Shown one piece after another: positions 1-10,365 of a DNA stretch of 64,000 nucleotides (its first letter is position 1; every line of letters starts with the position of its first letter). The DNA is from Bacteroidetes bacterium OLB12 (GTDB lineage Bacteria; Bacteroidota; Bacteroidia; Cytophagales; Cyclobacteriaceae). Made by a program: the position numbers and the translations under genes. The stretch covers positions 2,138-66,137 of the forward strand of contig LNFR01000066.1 in NCBI GenBank assembly GCA_001567185.1. The letters are read 5' to 3'. The notes beneath the pieces are model-generated. The model made no database searches, was not told where the DNA came from, and saw only the letters and a list, made by a program, of their open reading frames with translations.

Positions 1-484
1 TAACCACGGTGCTTACCAACCGGTGATCGTGATGGCCCGTCCAGCCCGATGCGCCCCAGGTAATTACCACATCGGGTTTTAGCGAAGTGAAAAGTTCTGT
101 GATTTTTGTGCGCATTGTATTGAGTTGCTCGTTGAGTGGGCCCATGCCTTCGCCCATTTTAAGTTGATCGTGCAAGCCAAACAAAACGGGCGGTTGAATG
201 CCAAGTTTTTCAGCAGCGCATTTGGCTTCTTCACTGCGTACCGCAGCAAGGCTGTCGCCAGCCGGAATCTTAGCATGATCAGTTACACCATAACGTCCAT
301 CGGTAGCAATGGCCAGGTAAACCGTTACCCCTTTGGCAGCATACTTGGCAAGCGCAGGGCCTACGGTTGCTTCATCATCGGGATGCGCAAAAATGGCCAG
401 CAACGTTTTAGGTGTAGAAGCGGTTTCTTGTTTGGGATTGCTGCACTGAAAGAGCAGGAAAACAAAAAGGAGAGACCAACGCAT
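1..484 (-). CDS. PIG-L/LmbE-family N-acetyl-sugar deacetylase, probable lipoprotein; runs off the window start
   Basis: Not in the ORF track. Hand translation from ATG at 484 gives MRWSLLFVFLLFQCSNPKQ...LLAIFAHPDDEATVG...TWGASGWTGHHDHRLV, with the AHPDDE and H-x-D-H metal motifs of PIG-L and a lipobox-like LFQC. Confidence 0.85.
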   Translation of the reverse strand, partial: MRWSLLFVFLLFQCSNPKQETASTPKTLLAIFAHPDDEATVGPALAKYAAKGVTVYLAIATDGRYGVTDHAKIPAGDSLAAVRSEEAKCAAEKLGIQPPVLFGLHDQLKMGEGMGPLNEQLNTMRTKITELFTSLKPDVVITWGASGWTGHHDHRLVSTVV

Positions 485-576
485 ACTTGAGGTGGTTAAG
501 AGAAATTCTAAGGTATTAAATTTTGCCATGCAGGCTCGGTTTTTTAAGTGGTGCTAATGTCTTAAGATTTTTTAAG

Positions 577-584
577 TAGCTTCG
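577..584 (+). promoter_or_regulatory. Putative Bacteroidota -7 promoter element (TAGCTTCG variant)
   Basis: TAnnTT(T/C)G match 23 nt upstream of ATG 608. Confidence 0.4.
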
Positions 585-607
585 TTTATCTAAATCAAAA
601 TTCAATC

Positions 608-1885
608 ATGAGCCTGAACAGACGTGCGTTTATCAGAAAAAGTGCATTCGGAGCACTGGGTATCACCCTCCTGCCTTCCCTCATCAGTCGCGGCTCGGTA
701 AATGATCGGGTGCGCATAGCCCACATTGGGTTGGGCGGTATGGGTAATCAGCACATGCAATGGTTTGCTAATTTACCAGGGGCTGAGGTAGTGGCTTTGT
801 GCGATGTAGATCAGAATCACCTGGCAGCTACCCTCGAGTCGCTTAAGAAAATGAATCCCGGAACTACTGCTTCTACGCACGAAGATTTCAGACACATACT
901 CGATCGGAAAGATATTGATGCCATTACAATAGCAACCCCCGATCACTGGCATGCGCAGATTGCCACACTGGCGTTTCAGGCGGGTAAAGATGTTTATGGC
1001 GAAAAGCCCCTTTCCTATAGTGTAAGGGAAGGCAAAACCATGCTACTGAATCAGGAAAAGTATAACCGGGTATTTCAATTAGGCACACAAATACATGCAG
1101 GCGATAATTACCACCGGGTGGTTGAGATTATTCGTAGCGGTGCCATTGGCAACGTGCATACGGTTAGGCTTTGGAAAGATTCATTCTCTCCCGGCCTGGG
1201 GGTGGCTAAAGTTCAGGCTCCACCGGCTTCCCTTAATTGGGATATGTGGCTCGGCCCTGCTCCTTATGTGGATTATGTTCCGGAGCGATGTCATTTTACG
1301 TATCGTTATTTTTTGGATTATTCGGGCGGTGTGTTTGCCGATTTCTGGTGCCACATTGCGGACATTGTTTGGTGGGCGATTGAACCAAAGGGATTGAAGC
1401 GTGTAACCGCGCGTGGTGAAAAAACCGATGGCCAGGCCGATGCCCCGAAATGGCTGGATGCCGAATTTGAATTTAAAGACCTTAAAATTTTCTGGACGAC
1501 CAAACCCCCGCAGGTACCGGGTGCTGCCGAACGAAATATCGGGGCGTATTTTGAAGGAGACAAAGGCACATTGATTTGCGATTACAGTACAAGAGCCATT
1601 ACCATCAATGGCGAAACTGTAAATGATATTCCCTCCGTATCACAAAGTGTTCCGCGTTCACCCGGGCATCAGCAAAATTTTTTAGATGCAGTAAAATCGC
1701 GTAAGCAGCCGGAATCGAACCTGGCCTATGCCCGCGAGATGACTCTGCCTATGCACCTGGCCCTGATCTCGTGGCGATTAAACCGAAGCCTGCAATGGAA
1801 TTCTGAGAAAGAAAAGTTTGTGAAGGATGCGGAAGCGAATGCATTTCTGCATCGCCCCTATCGCAAAACATGGAGTCTGATTTGA
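608..1885 (+). CDS. Gfo/Idh/MocA-family oxidoreductase, Tat-exported
   Basis: N-terminal NRRAFI Tat motif, IGLGGMG Rossmann motif, TPDHWH, YGEKP. Confidence 0.9.
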   Translation: MSLNRRAFIRKSAFGALGITLLPSLISRGSVNDRVRIAHIGLGGMGNQHMQWFANLPGAEVVALCDVDQNHLAATLESLKKMNPGTTASTHEDFRHILDRKDIDAITIATPDHWHAQIATLAFQAGKDVYGEKPLSYSVREGKTMLLNQEKYNRVFQLGTQIHAGDNYHRVVEIIRSGAIGNVHTVRLWKDSFSPGLGVAKVQAPPASLNWDMWLGPAPYVDYVPERCHFTYRYFLDYSGGVFADFWCHIADIVWWAIEPKGLKRVTARGEKTDGQADAPKWLDAEFEFKDLKIFWTTKPPQVPGAAERNIGAYFEGDKGTLICDYSTRAITINGETVNDIPSVSQSVPRSPGHQQNFLDAVKSRKQPESNLAYAREMTLPMHLALISWRLNRSLQWNSEKEKFVKDAEANAFLHRPYRKTWSLI

Positions 1886-1886
1886 T

Positions 1887-2450
1887 TTATTTTCGAAGCA
1901 GTTCCACACCGGTAAAATAGTTTTCCTGTATCAAGCTCATTAGTTGCGCTGAAGTAGGATTGATCTGATAAAAGGTATGGTCATTTTGCTTCAATGTTTT
2001 TACTATGAATTTTTTGCCAAGTTTTTGAAGCACCTGTTCGCATTCAAGATCATCTTGCAGGTTAATAGACAAAAGTTCTAATACGCGGGGCGATTTTACC
2101 CGGAGTAAGCGTAGTATCCACTGATCGCCCTCTTTAAAATTTATGAAGTAATAATTTTGATATTGCTTTACCATCAGGGTGTCGCTGATACGGCCTGCTC
2201 CAAGCCAATCTTTCTCACTTGCATCCTTAATGCGATAGCCCCATGGTTCGATGATAATCGTATCCCCAATTTCGCCTGTAGCTTTATTGCGGATCAGGTA
2301 TTCGCCACAAATGGATTCTGGGAATTGCGGGAGGGCAGCCAGCCCTGCAGGTTGTGCTTTCGGAAATGAAACCTCTTTACACGAAAGCAACAGCATTGTC
2401 CAGCAAATACAGATCATGATAAAACCAAACCGCATGGTATTAGTACGCAT
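1887..2450 (-). CDS. Hypothetical lipoprotein
   Basis: Hydrophobic leader ending LLLSC. No family recognised; exact start uncertain. Confidence 0.6.
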   Translation of the reverse strand: MRTNTMRFGFIMICICWTMLLLSCKEVSFPKAQPAGLAALPQFPESICGEYLIRNKATGEIGDTIIIEPWGYRIKDASEKDWLGAGRISDTLMVKQYQNYYFINFKEGDQWILRLLRVKSPRVLELLSINLQDDLECEQVLQKLGKKFIVKTLKQNDHTFYQINPTSAQLMSLIQENYFTGVELLRK

Positions 2451-2456
2451 TAATAG

Positions 2457-3863
2457 TTATTTGGGGTTTGCAATAGAAATAAGCTGGTAGGTTGTTCCGT
2501 GCTTTACGTATTGTTTAGCAATAGCCGGAATTCTTTTGAAAACACCAGGCATAACCTGGTTTGGATCAACAATAAGCTCAGGCAGATCATTTTCAAAAGC
2601 TTTATCAATCAATACCACATTTTGAAAATAGTCTGTTTCTCTGAAATATTTTTGAGAAATTTTCCATTCGTAAAATCCGGTAGCTAACGTGTTGTTTTCA
2701 AAATATCCCCATTGCTCGTCCAAAACGAGAATGCGCTTATTTACCGGGGCAGCATCAACTTTATTGAAATAGATTTTTTGATAGTCAATCGAATCTATTT
2801 TACCGTACCGGGCCAGGTAAGCAACGGTTACAATGCCAGCAGTAAAACCCCAAAGCAATAGTTCGGCAATCCACTTTCTGCGAATGAGCAGTATATAATG
2901 ACTGATGAAATAAGCAAGGGGCGGGGCATAGGTAATTACCCGGTGCGGGGCCATATTGCCGGCCACCGCAATCTCAACCACCGCAATCAGCAACCATAAA
3001 AACATGATTTGCAAAAGCTGAGATTGATATTTTGTGAGCCGCGCCTCACGGGTTTAACATGATCAGCGAAAAGAAAAAATATACAATAGGAATAGCGGAT
3101 AGATAGAGCATCGCGCTGAGGGTTAACTGGTTTTCAACAAACCATTCTCCACCGGCATAATAGTGGCTCCACAAAAATTCCAGGTGGCCATTAAAGAAAT
3201 AGGCGGTGAGGAGTAACAGGTGCGGCAGGGCAAAACCAAAGAGAAGCAACAGGGCTTTGCGAATAGATAACCGGGTAAAAATAACCAGGATAATAAGCGT
3301 GCCGGGAAGAAAAACAACATAGGTAAAAACAAACAACGAGCTAACCCCAGGTAAACGCCAAGCAATAAAAGTGTGTCGTCACGCTGAATGCGAAACTCCA
3401 CTTCCTTAAACAAGTTATTTAATGCAAACAGCAGGAGGGTGGAGGCAATCAGTTCGGGCGACAGCACCAGCATATCGAACGAGAAGAAACAAACAATACC
3501 AAACAGAAATGCAGGCAGGTAGGTGTTCTCGCTTTGGGCTTTGTTGTTGATAAGCAAAATGGCAAAGTAAGCTCCTTGTAAAAATATAAGCAGAAACGCG
3601 GTGAGATGGCGCGCAGTTAACGAACGACCAAACAACCACTCCTGCCAGCCAAACAACCATGCGGCAAGCGGGGGTTGGCTGGTGTGAACTTGAGTGTATA
3701 AACTTTTGCCACTGTTTAGGACTTCGCCCAATACCATCGCCTTTAGTTCCGAAAGGGTGGTAGCAACCGGATCGAGAAAAAATCCGATACCGATTAATGC
3801 CAGCAACACAAAAATGGCCAGTAACCGATAAGGATCATTTATTCGAAAAAAGCGAAGCAGCAC
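2457..3863 (-). CDS. Polytopic membrane protein, possibly a GT-C-fold glycosyltransferase; one gene split by two indels
   Basis: ORFs 3123-3896, 3046-3336 and 2457-3014 join after restoring one base near 3340 and removing one G at 3050-3052 (MLN-REARLTKYQSQ). Many TM segments, a GKSLYTQVHTSQPPL first loop and a soluble C-terminal domain. Confidence 0.6.
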
Positions 3864-3940
3864 AATACAAGAGTTAAAACGGACACAAATAAACAAAAAG
3901 TTGTCTTTACACCCTGCCCTTAATTATACTTGCTAACTGT

Positions 3941-3948
3941 TATCTTTG
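3941..3948 (+). promoter_or_regulatory. -7 promoter element TATCTTTG for rbfA
   Basis: Exact TAnnTTTG consensus 5 nt before ATG 3954. Confidence 0.65.
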
Positions 3949-3953
3949 TGCAC

Positions 3954-4322
3954 ATGAGCGGAACGGTACGGCAGCAGAAATACAATAAGCTAATTCAAAA
4001 GGAATTGAGCGATATCTTTTTGAAAGATAAGCGAGGTATTATTGGCAATGCGTTTATAACGGTAGCCGATGTGCGCATCAGTCCGGATTTAAGTGTGGCA
4101 AAAGTGTACCTGGGAATGACACTGGCCAAAGACAAGAAGGCGGTGTTGAATAATATAGAGCTGCATAAAAGCGAAATCCGGAAAGCGCTGGGCGATCGTA
4201 TTCGCAACCAGGCGCGCATCGTGCCGGCATTGGTTTTCTTCATTGATGAAGTGGAGGAAAATGCGCAACGGATAGAAGACCTCATCAAGAGCCTTAACAT
4301 TCCCAAAGAGAGCAAAGAATAA
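3954..4322 (+). CDS. rbfA: 30S ribosome-binding factor RbfA
   Basis: ITVADVRISPDLSVAKVY and RIVPALVFFID are RbfA signatures. Start taken at ATG 3954. Confidence 0.95.
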   Translation: MSGTVRQQKYNKLIQKELSDIFLKDKRGIIGNAFITVADVRISPDLSVAKVYLGMTLAKDKKAVLNNIELHKSEIRKALGDRIRNQARIVPALVFFIDEVEENAQRIEDLIKSLNIPKESKE

Positions 4323-4333
4323 CCCCTCCGCTT

Positions 4334-5557
4334 TTGAATCTTCCGCTATTTATCGCAAGGCGTTATTTCTTCTCCGGCAGGAAGAAGAACTTTATCAACC
4401 TTATTTCTATTCTTTCTATTGTAGGAATTGCCTTTTCCACGGCCGCGCTGGTTATTGTGCTTTCTGTTTTTAATGGCCTGGAAGATTTACTAAAAAGCCT
4501 TTACACTTCGTTTGATCCGGAATTGAAAATCGAATTAAAAAAAGGAAAATCGTTTGAAGTGGATGAGGCCCTTATTCAGCGCTTAAAACAAGTACCCGGT
4601 GTAGACATTATTACCGAGGTAATTGAAGATTATGCATATGTGCGTTACCGCGATGCTGATATAGTGGTAACATTAAAAGGGGTAAGCGAAAGTTTTTTAA
4701 AGCAGCACCGCCTTGACAACAGCATGGTTGACGGGAAACTATTGCTGAATCAAAACAACATTGATTATGCCGTTGTGGGGCGCGGGGTACAATATGCTTT
4801 ATCATTAAGCGTAAATGAAAGTATTCATCCGCTGCAGGTGTTCTATATCAAAAACCTGAAGACATCAGGGTTAGATCCTTCCCAACTTTATACACGCAGG
4901 GTGATACAACCCGGAGGGGTTTTCTCGATAGAAAAAAATTACGATGACAACTACATTTTTGTACCCCTGCATTTTGCACAAGACCTACTCAACTACGGTA
5001 ACAAACGCACCAGCCTCGAAATAAAAACGACCGGTAATCTTTCATTAAAAGAAACCCAGGCCGGAGTAGCCAAAGTGGTTGGGGAAAATTTTTTAGTGCT
5101 TACCAACCAGGAACAACATGCCGATTTATACAGGCTGCTTAAAATCGAAAAACTCTTTACTTTCATTGCCCTAACATTGTTGATTCTGGTGGCCTCCATT
5201 AATATTTTCTTTTCATTAATGATGCTGGTGTTGGACAAGAAAAAAGACATTTCGGTTTTATTTGCGATGGGTAGCAGTACCCGCCTGATCCGAAATATCT
5301 TTTTAAGTGAAGGGGCACTGATTGCCTTTGCCGGAGCCTTTGCCGGGCTGTTGCTGGGTGGTATTATTTGTTGGCTGCAGGATTCCTTCGGCCTGGTGGG
5401 TATGGGTATGGAAAATGCTATTGTATCGAGCTACCCCGTTAAAATGAAACTAACCGACTTTGTGCTTACTGCTCTTGTAATTGTATTGATTACCGTACTT
5501 GTTTCCTTCTATCCTGCCCGGCAGGCCGCCCGTTCCTATGCCATCCAAAAGCTATAA
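4334..5557 (+). CDS. LolC/E (FtsX-like) ABC transporter permease
   Basis: LFIARRYF start, VLSVFNG motif, periplasmic domain and C-terminal TM helices ending YPARQAA. Confidence 0.9.
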   Translation: MNLPLFIARRYFFSGRKKNFINLISILSIVGIAFSTAALVIVLSVFNGLEDLLKSLYTSFDPELKIELKKGKSFEVDEALIQRLKQVPGVDIITEVIEDYAYVRYRDADIVVTLKGVSESFLKQHRLDNSMVDGKLLLNQNNIDYAVVGRGVQYALSLSVNESIHPLQVFYIKNLKTSGLDPSQLYTRRVIQPGGVFSIEKNYDDNYIFVPLHFAQDLLNYGNKRTSLEIKTTGNLSLKETQAGVAKVVGENFLVLTNQEQHADLYRLLKIEKLFTFIALTLLILVASINIFFSLMMLVLDKKKDISVLFAMGSSTRLIRNIFLSEGALIAFAGAFAGLLLGGIICWLQDSFGLVGMGMENAIVSSYPVKMKLTDFVLTALVIVLITVLVSFYPARQAARSYAIQKL

Positions 5558-5620
5558 ATGCATGTAATTAGCGAGCATGTTTTTGGGGAAAATTGAGCTA
5601 AAAAGTCTGCGTAAAATTCA

Positions 5621-5628
5621 TAATTTGC
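5621..5628 (+). promoter_or_regulatory. Putative -7 element TAATTTGC for the SNF2 gene
   Basis: TAnnTTGC variant, which recurs at 14312, 22549 and 60921. Confidence 0.4.
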
Positions 5629-5716
5629 AATTCTGCTTAGTGTGTAAGTAGGCCAAAATGGCCGTTTTGGCTCTCTCAGGCTACTTCCATGCGGGCAGTT
5701 CATTTGCAAACAGCCC

Positions 5717-8672
5717 ATGAAAGTATCTGCAGCACAGCCTTTTCAGATCATTTACTCGCTGTATCAGCACGAGTACCTGGGCTTTATTTTTTGAGTCGTT
5801 TATTGTACATCTTGACGAGAAGGGCAAGCTTACCTACCAGCACCAGAATATCTCGCATAAAAACGCCCGTGAGTTTTCAAAAGGCCTTGACGCGCGCGAC
5901 TTCGAGTTAATTGAAATGATGGACGGCATGAGCCAGGACGCAGTACTGAAACACTTTTCGAAGAAGGTAATGAAGCCCGATGAGTTTTTTAGCCGTGTGT
6001 TTAAGAAAGATAAGGGCGATGAACTGTTGCAGGAACAGATTGAAGCCTTTATGGAAAAACGAAGGGCCGCTGTGCTTGAGAAAATAAAGGGCAAGCAGCT
6101 GTTTGAAATGGGCAACGATGGTGAGCCCACCTGGCGTAAAATTGAAGTACTCGAAAAACGAGCCAGCATTCAATTTCATTTTAAGCGTAGCGAAACAAAT
6201 ACAGTTTATTACCCCTCCATCACCTACGATGGAAAGAAAGTGGATATTCCTAACCCGGCTGCCTACCTGGTTTGTAAGCAACCTGCGTGGATGGTGGTTA
6301 ATGGAAAACTGTATGGTTTTGATAAACCGGTGGATGGGAAAAAACTTCAACCCTTTCTTACTAAGAAAAGTGTAGAGATTCCTAAAAAACTGGAAGAGAC
6401 TTATTACAATCGCTTTATAGGGCCGCTTATTGCTGCTTTTGAGGATGTTGAGGCAAGCGGATTTGAAATCATAAAAAATGAATACGATCCGCATCCGTTG
6501 CTAACTATATCAGAGCTACCCCCGGCTAATGTTAAAAATGTGCCCTCGCTATTTGGCAGTACAGATGCACCCGATGGCCCAGGCGATGATGAAGCCGGAA
6601 AAATTGTTTTCGATTTATCGTTCAAATACGGTAAACATCGCTTTCGCGGAGATGCATTTATGCCGGTAAGTGTTACAGTAGAAAGAAAAGAAAATGAATA
6701 TGTGTTTCATCGCGTTAAGCGCGAGTTGGAATCGGAAAAAAAATATGCGCAAACATTAATTAAACTCGGATTGCCTTTGCGGGGATTTCGCACCGCAGTA
6801 GAAAAGGCCCAGGCGTTTTCGTGGTTAAATGAAAACAGGGTTAACCTGCTTAACCTTGGCTTTGAAGTAAGCCAGCCGGAGAATCGGGATAAAAAATATT
6901 TTGTAGGCAAAGCAGTAATTGAACTTGAGGTAAAAGAGAATATCGACTGGTTTGATATACATGCAAAAATCCGGTTTGGTGAGTATGAGATTTCATTTAA
7001 AGAATTGCGCAAACTCATTATCAAAAAGAAAGTTGAGTTTAAACTACCCAATGGCGAAATAGCCATTATACCCGAAGCCTGGCTGGTAAAGTATAGCGAT
7101 TTGTTTGCGCTTAGCGAAACACATGGCACGAATGAAAAACCGGTGCTGAAAAAGCATCACATCAGTTTGTTAAAAGAATTGGAAGAGGGCAACCTGGCCA
7201 GGGTGCACATGAGCGAACGGCTACGTAACCTCCAATCATTTAGTGGTATTAAAGATTATACACTACCCGCAAAATTTGTGGGCACGCTAAGACCTTATCA
7301 AAAAGCCGGATATAACTGGTTGCGATTTTTGAATGAATTCCACCTGGGCGGCTGCCTGGCCGATGACATGGGCCTTGGTAAAACAGTGCAAACACTGGCC
7401 TTATTGCAAGCAGAAAAAGAGAAAGGAAACGCGGGCACATCGTTATTGATCATGCCCACATCCCTGGTTTATAACTGGGAGATGGAAGCCTCCAAATTTA
7501 CACCCGATCTGAAGATACTAACGTACACCGGTACGCTGCGCAATAAAGATATCAGCAGGTTTAGTAAGTATGATGTGGTACTCACCAGCTATGGTATTAC
7601 CCGGTTAGATATCGATCAACTTAAACAGTTTTATTTCAATTACATTATTCTGGACGAATCGCAGGTTATCAAAAACCCAACTTCAAATATTGCCAAGGCC
7701 GTAATGGAGTTGAAGTCGAGGTTCAAATTAACACTAACCGGTACACCACTCGAAAACACCACCCTCGACTTATGGTCGCAGATGACTTTCATAAACCCCG
7801 GTTTATTGGGCGGGCAAACGTTCTTTAAGAATGAATATCAGCTACCCATCGAAAAAAAGCGAGATGAGGTGAAAACAAAAAAACTCAATTCGATTATTAA
7901 GCCCTTTATTCTGCGCAGGCTGAAATCGCAGGTAGCTACCGATTTGCCCGAGAAGGTAGAGAATGTGCACTACACCAACATGACTGCCGAGCAAGAGCAG
8001 AAATACGAAGAAGCCAAATCATTCTACAGACATAAAATTCTCGATCAGATTGATAAGGAAGGAATCAACAATACCCGCATGATGATTCTGGAGGGCCTTA
8101 CGAAGTTGCGGCAGATTTCAAACCATCCTAAAATGGTTGATGTGCGGTATGAAGGAGATTCCGGAAAACTGGAAGATGTATCGTACATGCTTGAAAATGC
8201 ACTGCTGGAGGGACACAAGGTTTTAGTGTTTAGTCAGTTTGTAAAACACCTGGATATTGTAAAAGCATTACTAAAGGAAAGAGAAATTCCATTTGCTTAT
8301 TTAGATGGTTCGAGTACACCCACCGATCGTAAAGCACAGGTAGATAAATTTAATAAAGACCCCAACCTGAAAATATTCCTGATCTCGATTAAAGCTGGTG
8401 GGCTTGGATTAAATCTTACTGAGGCCGACTATGTTTTTATTCTGGACCCCTGGTGGAACCCAGCCGTAGAAGCACAGGCTACCGACCGCGCCCATCGTAT
8501 CGGGCAAAAGAAGAAAGTATTCAGCTACAAGTTTATTACCCGAAACACCGTTGAAGAAAAAATACTCACCCTTCAGAAACACAAACTCAAACTTTCTGAA
8601 AACCTGATTCAGTCAGAAGAGAGCGTAATAAAATCGCTTTCGCGCGAAGATATTGAGATGTTGCTCAACTAA
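5717..8672 (+). CDS. SNF2-family (DEAD/H) helicase/ATPase; one extra T at 5787-5792
   Basis: LADDMGLGKT, LDESQ, WWNPAVEAQATDRAHRIGQ. Removing one T from the T6 run joins ATG 5717 (MKVSAAQPFQ...) to the 5916 ORF. Confidence 0.92.
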
Positions 8673-8673
8673 A

Positions 8674-9510
8674 TCAATCTCGTTTTTTCCATCGGTTGTG
8701 CGACCATAACCAGCCGGCCGGATTTTCCTGTATGATTTTCTCAGTTGCTTTAACATAATTGTCAACCACACGGTCGGAGCCTTTCTCGTATGGAGGTTCA
8801 TCCAGTACCAGGTATTCGGCTTCGTAATAGCCGCGTTTTATTTTTCGGATAGCCAGGTAAAGGACTGGGTATTGAAGCAGAACCGCAAGCTGGCTTATGG
8901 CCTGATAAAATGCGGTAGGTTGATTCAGGAACGAGGTCCAGTATTTTTTATCGGTGGCCTTGCCCGGAAACTGATCGGCCACAATGGCAATTCCACGAAG
9001 CACTTCTTTGCGTGCCAGCGATTCGCGGGCTACCTGGTGGCGCTTAATCGGATAGGCCCCAAACCTGGACCGGCCGGCAAGTGAAAAATTGTTGAAGAGA
9101 TTGCTGCTTTGCTCCTGGTAAGCAAAATCTACCTGGATATACAACGAACCAACAGCCAGTAGCCACTCCCAGTTAAATTGATGCGAGGCCAGTATAATTA
9201 CAGATTTTTTCTCGTTCATAAATTTTTGGGCAACATCCGGATTCACATACCGCATGCGTTTTGTCAGTTCGGCTTTCGAAATGGTTAAGAGTTTAAGTGT
9301 CTCTACGGCATAGTCGCATAAGTTTTTATAGAACTGTTTTTCGATTGTCCTGATTTCGGTTTCTGTTTTTTGAGGAAATGAATTTCTGAGATTTTTTCGT
9401 ACCAGCCGGAGCCGATACCTAACTACATAGTAACTTACAAAAAAGAGAAAGTCCGAAAAGAGGTATAGGATGAAAAGCGGGGTGCGCGAAAGTAATTTCA
9501 GTAAAAGCAT
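8674..9510 (-). CDS. Lipid A late acyltransferase / lysophospholipid acyltransferase (HtrB/LpxL family)
   Basis: SHQFNWEW, IVADQ and WLWSHNRWK motifs. Confidence 0.9.
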   Translation of the reverse strand: MLLLKLLSRTPLFILYLFSDFLFFVSYYVVRYRLRLVRKNLRNSFPQKTETEIRTIEKQFYKNLCDYAVETLKLLTISKAELTKRMRYVNPDVAQKFMNEKKSVIILASHQFNWEWLLAVGSLYIQVDFAYQEQSSNLFNNFSLAGRSRFGAYPIKRHQVARESLARKEVLRGIAIVADQFPGKATDKKYWTSFLNQPTAFYQAISQLAVLLQYPVLYLAIRKIKRGYYEAEYLVLDEPPYEKGSDRVVDNYVKATEKIIQENPAGWLWSHNRWKKRD

Positions 9511-9538
9511 GGTGCGTAAAAATAGCCTATTGTTTTAT

Positions 9539-9546
9539 TACTTTTG
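9539..9546 (+). promoter_or_regulatory. -7 element TACTTTTG for the SDR gene
   Basis: Exact TAnnTTTG 12 nt before ATG 9559. Confidence 0.55.
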
Positions 9547-9558
9547 CTCGCGTTAAGT

Positions 9559-10353
9559 ATGAAGAATAAAGTAGTGATAATAACGGGGGGCTCTTCAGGC
9601 ATAGGCTTGGCGCTGGCCGAAAAATTTGGAAGCGAGGGGTCTAAGGTTTTGATTACGGGTCGTAACCAGGAAAGCCTGGAAAAAGCGGTAACAGCTCTAC
9701 GGGAAAAGGGTATCACGATTTCGGCATTTCAAGCCGATGTAAGCAAAGAGGCCGACAATAAGGCAATGGCCGAAGCGGCTATTCAACAGTATGGCACTAT
9801 TGATATTTTGATTAACAATGCCGGAGTTTCGATGCGGGCCTTGTTTACAGAGGTTGACCTGGCGGTAGTAAGAAGCGTAATGGATATAAATTTTTATGGA
9901 GCCGTTTATGCCACACGTTATTGTCTTCCGGAAATCATAAAGAACAAAGGCTCTGTTATCGGGATATCATCCATTGCCGGCTTTCGCGGATTGCCCGGCC
10001 GCACAGGATATTCGGCAAGTAAGTTTGCCTTAAACGGATTCTTGGAGGTACTGCGAACGGAACTGTTAAAGACAGGAGTGCATGTACTTACAGCCTGCCC
10101 GGGGTTTACTGCTTCCAACATCCGCATGCGTGCGCTAACAAAAGATGGTAGTGCGCAGGGTAAATCACCACGCGTGGAGGAGAACATGATGACGGCCAGT
10201 GAATGTGCAGGCCATATTTATAAGGCAGTAGTTAAAAGAAAACGAACATTAATCTTAACCGGCCAGGGAAAATTTACAGTATGGCTAAACAAATTGTGGC
10301 CATCGCTGGCTGATAAGCTGGTGTATAATATAATGGCACGAGAACCTGAATAG
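9559..10353 (+). CDS. Short-chain dehydrogenase/reductase
   Basis: TGGSSGIG, NNAG, YSASK. Start taken at ATG 9559. Confidence 0.93.
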   Translation: MKNKVVIITGGSSGIGLALAEKFGSEGSKVLITGRNQESLEKAVTALREKGITISAFQADVSKEADNKAMAEAAIQQYGTIDILINNAGVSMRALFTEVDLAVVRSVMDINFYGAVYATRYCLPEIIKNKGSVIGISSIAGFRGLPGRTGYSASKFALNGFLEVLRTELLKTGVHVLTACPGFTASNIRMRALTKDGSAQGKSPRVEENMMTASECAGHIYKAVVKRKRTLILTGQGKFTVWLNKLWPSLADKLVYNIMAREPE

Positions 10354-10365
10354 CCCTCTGCGCCC

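Noticed and set aside
79-490. ORFs 79-276 (-) and 125-490 (+)
   Set aside because: These are shadow or off-frame readings of the PIG-L gene.
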